Shown here: piece after piece, positions 38,318-47,127 of the stretch
How positions within the stretch are numbered: position 1 is the stretch's first letter
How the letters are laid out: the number at the start of each line of letters is the position of its first letter
Source: a bacterium
GTDB taxonomy: Bacteria > Zhuqueibacterota > Zhuqueibacteria > Residuimicrobiales > Krinioviventaceae
Assembly: GCA_963693055.1 (NCBI GenBank)
Contig: OY843751.1
Span: 3,648,001-3,712,000, forward strand
DNA: 64,000 nucleotides
Direction of reading: 5' to 3'
Notes under the pieces: model-generated
Database searches by the model: none
The model's input: the letters and a program-made list of their open reading frames with translations, nothing else
What the model was told of the DNA's origin: nothing
Program-made: the position numbers and the translations under genes

Positions 38318-40581
38318 TTACTTAAACAACTCTCCGATTATTGAATCTTTGATTCCATTATAAGAAACATTCACCTTTAATATTTCAGTTTTTGAAAAGT
38401 CCATTTCATCCGTACATTGAGCAGAATAAGGATAAACAGGTATCTCTGAGCCGTACCTTACAAAAACCGGCATTTCATCTAAAGGAGATTTAAAGCGATT
38501 TAACCAGCGCTCACCGTCAGTTACAGAACCATCAAAAAAGTTTACCCACTTGCCCGCCGGCAGGTATATATCACGAACATTTTCAGAATTCATAACAGGC
38601 GCTACAAGAAAATCATCACCAAAATAGTACTGGTTATCAATATGTAAACAGGTACGGTCATCGGGGTGATGCAGCATTAATGCCCGTAACACCGGCATTC
38701 CGGTTTCAGTGACTTTTTTCGATTGTTCATAGATGTATGGGATCAACGCGTACCGCAGTTTCCACCAGCGACGGACGATATCAGAAATATTTGGATATTC
38801 ATACGGTTCGCGCTTGGATGTGCCATGATATCGGATATGCGAAGAAAATACACCAAACTGGGTCCAGCGAACATAGAGGTCATCCGGTACGATGGAATTC
38901 ATAAAATCAGGATCACTGTGGAATCCCGGAACATCATGGCTCCAAAATCCAAAACCTGACAGTCCCAGGTGCAGTCCGCCTTTTAAAGAACCGGCCAGGC
39001 CGTCCCAACTGCACGCTGCATCGCCACCCCAGTGCAATGGGTATCGCTGGCATCCCGCCCAACCTGCACGAGCCCAGACAATTCCATCACCCGTCACTTT
39101 TTTTGTAACCTCATACGCAGCTTTTTGATAGAGCAACGCATACAGATTTCGGAACAGACGGGGTTCCATATTTTTGTATTTGGCATTCATATGGATCTCT
39201 TCACCGAAATCCGTTTTAATGCACACCGCACCCATTTCCAGCAGATTTCGCAACAATCCCTTGTACCAGTCAGTTGCTTCCTTGCTGGTAAAATCGATTG
39301 TACCTGCATAATCCAATGCACTGAAATTGGATCCCCCTGTTTCATTGTTTGGTCTAACGGACCAATGTATTTATTTGCTACCGCCTCATCATGTTGTTCG
39401 GCATCGGCAGCAATATATGGCATTTGCCAGAGACTGACACGATAGCCCTTGTCCCGCAAATCTTTCATAAACCGTTGTGGATCAGGGAATCGTTCATCGT
39501 TAAATTTCCATTCACACAACCAGTCGGTTTTGAACCAGCCGGTATCCAGATGGATCACATCGCAGGGATATTCTTCTTTACGCAGACGGTCACATATTGC
39601 ATTGACTTCATCCGCAGAAAAATAGGTCATTCGGCTCATCCAGATGCCAAAGCTCCACAGAGGAGGCATAGATGGAAATCCGGTTAATCGACGATAATTA
39701 TACAAAACCGATTCCAGATCTTTGCCGCCAATGAGAAACAGATCAATCATCGGATCATCAACCAGGAATTGTACAGACCGTGTAGACTGGTCTGCAAAAG
39801 AGATGCGTGTTGCTGCCGAAGTATGCATAAACATGCCATACTGTCTGCTGGATACAAAAAAAGGAATATTCTTATAAGTTCTGCGCGAATTTACACCCTG
39901 TCCATCCTGGTTTTCAAGATATAATGTTTTGCCGGACAAGTCCATTTTGGTAAAACGTTCACCTGTGCCTGCAAAAACTTCATTGGCATCCGCATGAAAG
40001 GAAATGGTAGACTTGCTAACCTCTTTGCCTTCCTGCACATACGCAAGCGCCAGGCCATCGTGCCGGGCAGGAAAGAACTGATCATAGGCATCAATCCGGA
40101 TTGCTTTATCACCATCGGGATAAAATACAGCATTTAGCGTTTCTTCCGGTTTGGGTAACAAATCACTCCAATAATCAATTTGGGGATCTGCCAAATTAAA
40201 CACCGCCCGTTTACGGTCCTGATTATCAAGCACAATCCATTCATCATTTTCAATTTGGACATGCAGGGGAACAATTTCAAGATCAGTGGCCATCTCAAGC
40301 ATAGGTGAATCGTTAAATCGGGATCCCTTGAAACCAATACACACCCGTAATATATCACTGCCATAGGCTCTTAGCAAAAGTTGATACGATTGCGGGGCAA
40401 CATCCGGTTCTGGTCCCATTTCTAGAGAACATTTCTGCTGCTGAAATGGCAGATGAATTACAACATCAGTACCATTAGTTTGTATATCGGAGGGTCTAAT
40501 TGCTCTGAACAACAGTTGACTGCCGTCCAGAGCGGGATCAAAATCTAAAAAGTCTAAGAGATATTGGTTGGTCAACTTCAT
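38318..40581 (-). pseudogene. GH31 alpha-xylosidase split by a 1-nt frameshift (track ORFs 39187..40581 and 38318..39316)
   Basis: N part has YKNIPFF, PPLWSFG, IHLDTGWF; C part has IKTDFGE, HWGGD, WSHDVPGF. One extra G in the G5 run (plus-strand C 39333-39337) joins them as KQGGSNFSALDYAGTIDFT. Confidence 0.85.
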
Positions 40582-40603
40582 ATTTACGTTTTCCGGTCTT
40601 TTA

Positions 40604-42505
40604 CTACAATGGCAATTGTTTTTTCTTCAAGAGATCCAAAAATTCTGGTTCAAGGCCCGCATTTCTCTTGATTTTCGTGGAAACATCAGGTCCGTTATTC
40701 TTCCACTCGTTACCGGGTCCCGGATTATTTGAGAAAAATTTATCCTTTTCACTCCAGTTATTCAATGCGCGAATAAAGGAAGAACCTTCATCATAATAAA
40801 TATATTGATAATGATTGGGATCATGTGTATAGGGCGCATCCAAAAGATGGTGTATGCTGTTTTCACTGATCTCTGTATTGGGTTGACCGGACAAGGTATA
40901 TACACCGCCAACATCATAATTGTTTTGTGCAAAATGATGAATATTGTTTTTACTCACGCGATTATTTTTCATACAACTGATAGTACGGGTCCAACCCCAG
41001 CCAATACTGATACCGGAATAGTTCAAATAACTGATTTCATTATGTTCAATTGTAATATCATGGGCATAGCCCACACCAATGCCAACGCAGCCCCAGTCTT
41101 CATTGGTACAATCGGTAATCAGATTATTGACAATGGTTTCAAAGCGACAGACCACACGCTCATCAGTTGGATCATACGGTAAATGTGCTTCAAACGACCG
41201 GTCACCGTAATACCCCATCTGCAAACCAGTACCGCCAACATCTCTAATTATATTACCTTGTATCAAATTGTGATGGGTGCCGGACACAAAATCAATTGCG
41301 GTTGCCGCCATGTGTTCAAAACTGCAGCGACCAATAAAAATATTATTGGCATTTCTAAGCGTTACACCCGCAGGTTGACGTTCTACCCATGCTTGATTTT
41401 CAAGCCATTCTTTATCCGGTGTACCCGGAACAGAAAGCTTGTAAGCATCCAGCAATGAATATCCTGCCTGCAATGGTACATGTCCTTTTAAAGAGGGACG
41501 CATCCAGGTTGTATGTTCAAAACCAATTCCCTGAAACTGAACATGAGATACAGGATTGTCTAATGTACCATCAACATAAACCAACGTTTCAAGATAGGGT
41601 ACAACAATATTCACTTTACTCAAAACTTCAACATCACGGGGCCAGTAATAGACTTTACCTGCATCCAGATCCAGGAACCATTCACCGGGACTGTTTAATA
41701 AACCAATATCATTGGTTAAATAATAAGCAGAATTGCCGTTCTGATCTTTATTCACATCAATAAAAGGTGCAGGCCAGGGATGTTCAAACTCGATACGGCT
41801 TTCAGGTTGACAAAAGCTGATTTTGGCAACATCACCTTCAATCTCGATATCTTTGACACGCAAAATCGCAATGGCCCACCATTGATGGATAAAAAATTCA
41901 AGCTGTGATACATTGTGAATGGGTTGTGACGGGGTAGGAATCATAAAGGTTTCGTTCAGATTGTCAACAGACAGAATGCGTGGTAAATCACCATCGTTCA
42001 TTGTATTTGCTCTAATGGCTTTGTTATTATCCACCCACATCTGCCTGAATTCAAAAATCCTTCCACCTTCCCGGGGAGCATCCGCAACCCAGACATTTCC
42101 CTGGGCCACAGCAGGTAATCCTTCAACTGTACCGGCTTTTTTCCAACCGGTTACTGGCCTGCCGCCACTAAATACAGGATGTGCGCCACGTTCCGCCCTG
42201 ACAATTGTGGGGCTGTCAGCAGTACCAGAGTCTTCAGGACGGAAAAATACCGGTTCATTCAGTGTATAAATACCATCCTGAACGACAATGTCTATGCCGC
42301 CTTTAACGGATTCATCTTTTAACCGACGCAGCTCTCTTGCCTTGCGCTGGGCCATTTGTAATGTTGCAAAAGGTTTTTTTTTGCTGCCATCATTATAATC
42401 TGAACCTGTTGGAGAAACATACAAATTCACAGCCGCACCAAGAATAAACGGAAAACCCAAAACCACTAAATAAATAATAAATAATGTTCTTTTCATAACA
42501 AACAA
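40604..42505 (-). CDS. Right-handed beta-helix glycoside hydrolase (GH141-like)
   Basis: YVSPTGSD.NDGS...PFATL, PGEWFLD...GKVYY, YSGISIGWGW, DVGGVYTL, IYYDEGSS. Confidence 0.75.
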   Translation of the reverse strand: MFVMKRTLFIIYLVVLGFPFILGAAVNLYVSPTGSDYNDGSKKKPFATLQMAQRKARELRRLKDESVKGGIDIVVQDGIYTLNEPVFFRPEDSGTADSPTIVRAERGAHPVFSGGRPVTGWKKAGTVEGLPAVAQGNVWVADAPREGGRIFEFRQMWVDNNKAIRANTMNDGDLPRILSVDNLNETFMIPTPSQPIHNVSQLEFFIHQWWAIAILRVKDIEIEGDVAKISFCQPESRIEFEHPWPAPFIDVNKDQNGNSAYYLTNDIGLLNSPGEWFLDLDAGKVYYWPRDVEVLSKVNIVVPYLETLVYVDGTLDNPVSHVQFQGIGFEHTTWMRPSLKGHVPLQAGYSLLDAYKLSVPGTPDKEWLENQAWVERQPAGVTLRNANNIFIGRCSFEHMAATAIDFVSGTHHNLIQGNIIRDVGGTGLQMGYYGDRSFEAHLPYDPTDERVVCRFETIVNNLITDCTNEDWGCVGIGVGYAHDITIEHNEISYLNYSGISIGWGWTRTISCMKNNRVSKNNIHHFAQNNYDVGGVYTLSGQPNTEISENSIHHLLDAPYTHDPNHYQYIYYDEGSSFIRALNNWSEKDKFFSNNPGPGNEWKNNGPDVSTKIKRNAGLEPEFLDLLKKKQLPL

Positions 42506-42836
42506 CCTCTTTTAGGGGCAGAATAGAAATGTATCACAACAGCCAGGATTATTCTTCTACTTAAACGTTTTCCTAACTTTACAAATTATGATATAAAATT
42601 TTACAATCATTTACAATAGATTTTTGCAATTCATTCAAGATAATTAATTTCTCTTTTTAATTAAACACGAATGAAACGTAATAACAAAAGCATCTCGAAT
42701 ATTTATGAATTAATCTTTATTGAATTGATATAATCCGGCAATATCGAGCTTGTTGGAATTTATATTTTCTGTGTAATTTGCGATGTATTATAATAATGAT
42801 AAAAAATATTGAGATTTAATCAAAATCGCATATATT

Positions 42837-44096
42837 ATGAAAACACTTGAGAATATTTATATGAAAGCAAAACGGGATTTCCAAATATTTGTCAAGATAG
42901 CAGGTGCTGTCTGTAATCTGAATTGCCATTATTGTTACTATTTGAACAAAAATGAACAATACTCGCATGTATCTCCCATGAATGATACTGTTCTTGAAGC
43001 ATACATCCGGCAGCATATAGAAGCCTGTCCTGAGCAAATCATCCGTTTCGCCTGGCATGGAGGTGAGCCCACCTTACCCGGCATTGCCTATTTTGAAAAA
43101 ATAATCAATATTCAGCAAAAACATTGTCCTTCAGACAGGCAGATAGTTAATGGCATACAAACCAATGCCACCCTGATAGATGAGAATTGGAGTAAATTTC
43201 TTGCAGAACGCCAGTTCATCGTAGGCGTAAGCATGGACGGCCCAGCAGACCTGCACAACCAGCTTCGACAGAATAAAACCGGACAACCTACACATGATAA
43301 AACGTTGCATGGATTTCAGTTATTACAAAAGCATGGTGTCATCCCGGAGATCCTTTGTGTTGTCAATGCTGAGAATGTTCAGCATCCGCTAAGGGTATAC
43401 CGTTATTTCAAAGAGCTGGGTGCGGAACACATGACTTTTCTCCCCCTGGTAGAGCCTACACAAGACACAGAAACAACAGTTAGTAAAATTTCAGTTCCTT
43501 CAAAGCACTTTGGGCAATTTCTTTGTACTATTTTTGACGAATGGACGGATAAAGACATTGGCAACATCAAAATACAAATATTTGAAGAAGCTACCCGTAC
43601 CGCATTCAAACAGAAACACTCGCTCTGCATTTTTCGGGAAACATGTGGAGAAATACCGGTTGTTGAGCATAATGGTGACTTTTATGCCTGCGATCATTAT
43701 GTTAATGAGCAGTATCTGCACGGCAACATAATGAATACACATTTGGGATTATTGATCGAATCCCCTGCCCAGCGTCTGTTTGGTGAGAATAAAAAATCCC
43801 TGCCCGCTTATTGCAAACAATGCGAGGTCAGGGATATGTGTAACGGCGGCTGTCCGAAAAACAGAATAATTGACACGCCAGACGGTGAACCGGGACTCAA
43901 TTATCTCTGTTCAGGATACAAATTATTTTTTAACCATTGCCGCCCGTTTGTGGAACAGGTCACCCAATTATGGCGTGAGCAAAATGCTACTGCATCCTCC
44001 CCACGCTCATCATCAAAATCACCGGGACGTAATGATCCCTGTCCCTGCGGAAGCGGTAAAAAATACAAAAAATGCTGTCGCAACAAAACCGGTTGA
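42837..44096 (+). CDS. Anaerobic sulfatase maturase (radical SAM/SPASM) with C-terminal SEC-C motif
   Basis: CNLNCHYC, WHGGEPTL, ACDHYV, C..C.....C.GGCPK, GRNDPCPCGSGKKYKKCC. Confidence 0.93.
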   Translation: MKTLENIYMKAKRDFQIFVKIAGAVCNLNCHYCYYLNKNEQYSHVSPMNDTVLEAYIRQHIEACPEQIIRFAWHGGEPTLPGIAYFEKIINIQQKHCPSDRQIVNGIQTNATLIDENWSKFLAERQFIVGVSMDGPADLHNQLRQNKTGQPTHDKTLHGFQLLQKHGVIPEILCVVNAENVQHPLRVYRYFKELGAEHMTFLPLVEPTQDTETTVSKISVPSKHFGQFLCTIFDEWTDKDIGNIKIQIFEEATRTAFKQKHSLCIFRETCGEIPVVEHNGDFYACDHYVNEQYLHGNIMNTHLGLLIESPAQRLFGENKKSLPAYCKQCEVRDMCNGGCPKNRIIDTPDGEPGLNYLCSGYKLFFNHCRPFVEQVTQLWREQNATASSPRSSSKSPGRNDPCPCGSGKKYKKCCRNKTG

Positions 44097-44102
44097 TGCG
44101 TA

Positions 44103-44951
44103 TCAGGTTGCCAGCTTTTCTTTGAAAAATGCAACCGTCCGGGACCATGCCAGATCGGCCGCCTCCTTGTCGTATCGGGTTCCGGTATCATTATTGAATG
44201 CGTGTCCCGCTCCATCGTAGATAAAGGATTGGTACTCTTTGTTTGTGGATTTTAGCGCTTTTTCAAAATCCGCTATTCCTGCATTAATCCGCTCATCCGT
44301 ACCACCATAGTGCATCATTAATGGAGCTTGAATTTTAGTTACATCTTTTTCTTCAGGCTGGCGCCCATAATAAGGAACAGCCGCGTCAAGGTCCGGGGCA
44401 TTTACAGCGACCTGGTTGGTCATGGCGCCGCCCCAGCAAAATCCGGTACAACCGACTTTGCCGGTAGATTGCGGGTGCGTTTTCAAATACTTGACCGCAG
44501 CGGTAAAATTTTTGACGGTTGTGGGATAATCCAGTACACGCATTTGAGTACGGGCCATATCCTCATCCGGAGGCGTCCCTCCGCTTGCAGATAATGCGTC
44601 CGGGGCAATTGCTAAAAAACCTTCCAAAGCCATACGTCTTGTTACATCGCGGATATGATCATTCAATCCCCGATTTTCATGAATGACAATCACCGCCGGG
44701 TACTTTTTTTCCGCTTTGGGTCTTGCCAAATAGGCCATCATTTTGCCTGATTCAACAGGATATTTAATATCATCGATATATAACCGTTCATCATCCCTGG
44801 GTACAACATCCGCAAAAGATTTTGGGTTACCCAATAGGGTTGCTGCCACAGCAGCACTGCCTGTAACTTTAACAATCCTTGTTGCGAATTCCCTGCGTGT
44901 AATCATTCCCCTCGAAAACAAGGCATACAGATCAACAATTTTTTGATCCAT
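44103..44951 (-). CDS. Dienelactone hydrolase family (YghX-like), Tat-like N-terminus
   Basis: HENRGLN, GFCWGG, HAFNND; likely start ATG 44951 (MDQKI) rather than the track start 45020. Confidence 0.9.
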   Translation of the reverse strand: MDQKIVDLYALFSRGMITRREFATRIVKVTGSAAVAATLLGNPKSFADVVPRDDERLYIDDIKYPVESGKMMAYLARPKAEKKYPAVIVIHENRGLNDHIRDVTRRMALEGFLAIAPDALSASGGTPPDEDMARTQMRVLDYPTTVKNFTAAVKYLKTHPQSTGKVGCTGFCWGGAMTNQVAVNAPDLDAAVPYYGRQPEEKDVTKIQAPLMMHYGGTDERINAGIADFEKALKSTNKEYQSFIYDGAGHAFNNDTGTRYDKEAADLAWSRTVAFFKEKLAT

Positions 44952-45107
44952 TTTATCTCTCCTTGAATTGAATAAAACTCCCTTTTCAATCATAATCATA
45001 AACCAGACCCAACGCAACACTTTTTTTCTCTATTTAAGAAATTCCTTTGATTTGCAAAAAATCTTGTTACTTTTTACACAATTCAAGATGAACAAAAGGA
45101 GTTTGTA

Positions 45108-46886
45108 ATGAAAAAGTGGTATTTATTCAGTTTAATTTTATTTATATCCTTGAACGTTTTCGGTCAGGATAAATTCTGGATCCGGGACGGAGACGAGATC
45201 CTGTTCTGGGGTGACAGTATTACCGATGACGGTATCTATTCCAGAATCGTTGAAAATTATGTGCTCACCTACTATCCGGATTGGAATGTAAAATTTGTAA
45301 ATCTGGGCTGGGGCGGTGACCGTTCCTCTTTTTATCCCAGACTTGAGCGAGATATTGCATTGAGTAAACCTGATCGTGTAACCATTATGCTGGGTATGAA
45401 TGACGGATTGTACAAAGCACCGGACGCTGAAGTACAGCAAACCTATGTGGATGGTATTCATACTCTGATTAAAATATTAAAAGAACGTTCGAATCCTGAA
45501 ATTCTGCTCATATCCCCTACTCCGTACGATCTTCGCTGTCGTGTAGACCTGGCAAACGGATATACAGCCAGGCTTAAAGATATGTCGCGCGCTTTTTATC
45601 CCCCCACTCTGCGCCGTTTGACCAAAGCCTTGCAGGAAATTGCAGACAAGGAAGGCTGTCGCTATTATGACCTGCATCAGGATTATATTGAGCGAATCGA
45701 AGAACTGGACGGGTTTAGCGGAGATTACCAACTGACCGCAGAAGGCATTCATCCCAATATTGATGGCGCCGTGTATATGGGACTGGGAATCCTGGACGCC
45801 ATGCAGACCTCCAAAGATGTAGCGGGTGTATGGATCGATGAGACGGGTCAGGTAGACAGCACCTATGCCTGTAAAATATCTGATCTTAAAACGGATGAAA
45901 AATGCATATCTTATACACGTGACACACAGCGATTACCCATGCCGTTGTATCCGTCAGTTCGTGAAACGTTCCTGAAACTGATCGATTATAAAAATACCTG
46001 GAACCGGGACATGCTCGCGGTTGCCGGTAAAGATTCTGCCGCGTGGTTTGAATTGCGTATCGATGGTGTTTTGGTTGACATGGTAACCGGTTATGAACTG
46101 GGAAATGGAATTAACCTCAGTACGTATATGGCTTCTCCCATTATGGAACAGGCGTATCAGGTTTTTGAAGCCACTGAAAGATATGAAGATACCTTTTATA
46201 CCATGTGGCGCTACAATCTGCTCAAAGGGGTAAGAGGTCCAAATGAATATACTCCTTTTGATGAAACTGTTGATACCAAACCGTTTTACGACAAATTGGA
46301 TGAAATCTATAAAGAACAGCACAAAATCAATCAACCCCGATCTCATAAAATTGAGATCAAATCGGTAGATGTGCCCGAATTTAAAGAAATTACGCAAGCT
46401 GAAATCTGTACCGAATTTTTAGCGAATTTTAACAAACTCCATTTTGAAATAGATTCCAAACTGCTGCGATCATTCAATGCTCCCCTTTGTTTGTATGGCA
46501 ATTTCACCTATTCTCCGCAATATCAGTGGACCATTCTGGAAACCAAAGGCTACTATACCGACGTTCCCGCAGAGATGTATGATGACGGTACTCATGGCGA
46601 CAAAAAAGCCGGTGATGGTGTTTACAGCCTGGACATGTACATCCAAAAGGATGCCGGCACACTGCAATTTGCCGTGCAGGATGGCATTTATTTAAAAGAA
46701 TTCTGGAACCGTTTTAGAAGGGAAAACCATCGTGATGCGGAATGCGACTGGTTGACCACTGCCTGGGGTAAACTGGACAACACCCTGAACGAAAGAGGTA
46801 ACCGCATAGAAGTAAAATCCGATGCATCCCAATCCTTTATCTGGGACAAGGACAAGTTTGAAAAAGCGGTTAAAACGGGATTGTAA
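45108..46886 (+). CDS. SGNH/GDSL hydrolase with C-terminal DDG-repeat (choice-of-anchor X-like) module
   Basis: GDSIT, GWGG, GMND, EGIHP; later MYDDGTHGDKKAGDGVYS. Confidence 0.8.
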   Translation: MKKWYLFSLILFISLNVFGQDKFWIRDGDEILFWGDSITDDGIYSRIVENYVLTYYPDWNVKFVNLGWGGDRSSFYPRLERDIALSKPDRVTIMLGMNDGLYKAPDAEVQQTYVDGIHTLIKILKERSNPEILLISPTPYDLRCRVDLANGYTARLKDMSRAFYPPTLRRLTKALQEIADKEGCRYYDLHQDYIERIEELDGFSGDYQLTAEGIHPNIDGAVYMGLGILDAMQTSKDVAGVWIDETGQVDSTYACKISDLKTDEKCISYTRDTQRLPMPLYPSVRETFLKLIDYKNTWNRDMLAVAGKDSAAWFELRIDGVLVDMVTGYELGNGINLSTYMASPIMEQAYQVFEATERYEDTFYTMWRYNLLKGVRGPNEYTPFDETVDTKPFYDKLDEIYKEQHKINQPRSHKIEIKSVDVPEFKEITQAEICTEFLANFNKLHFEIDSKLLRSFNAPLCLYGNFTYSPQYQWTILETKGYYTDVPAEMYDDGTHGDKKAGDGVYSLDMYIQKDAGTLQFAVQDGIYLKEFWNRFRRENHRDAECDWLTTAWGKLDNTLNERGNRIEVKSDASQSFIWDKDKFEKAVKTGL

Positions 46887-46940
46887 TTATTTGACCTCCC
46901 AGTGACTTTAAAAAATCACAAACTAAAAAGATATCAACTC

Positions 46941-46974
46941 TCCGTCCCATCCGTCAGCTGACGGATGGGACGGA
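46941..46974. repeat. Perfect 34-bp palindrome
   Basis: TCCGTCCCATCCGTCAGCTGACGGATGGGACGGA is its own reverse complement. Confidence 0.9.
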
Positions 46975-47014
46975 ATTATGGTGCAAAGCTCTTCCGTGCA
47001 AATATCTGTGAATC

Positions 47015-47057
47015 AATTTTGATCGTGACAGAGATAATCTCTGTCACGATCAAAATT
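47015..47057. repeat. 43-bp palindrome (21-bp arms, 1-nt centre)
   Basis: AATTTTGATCGTGACAGAGAT-A-ATCTCTGTCACGATCAAAATT. Confidence 0.9.
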
Positions 47058-47127
47058 TTATTGTATCCACAATATTTGTATTGATCACATGCTATGGGAA
47101 CATACACCCAGATCATTATTAAAAAAA

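Noticed and set aside
42506-42836. Cobalamin riboswitch ahead of the methyltransferase-containing operon
   Set aside because: AT-rich spacer with no B12-box or other conserved riboswitch elements visible
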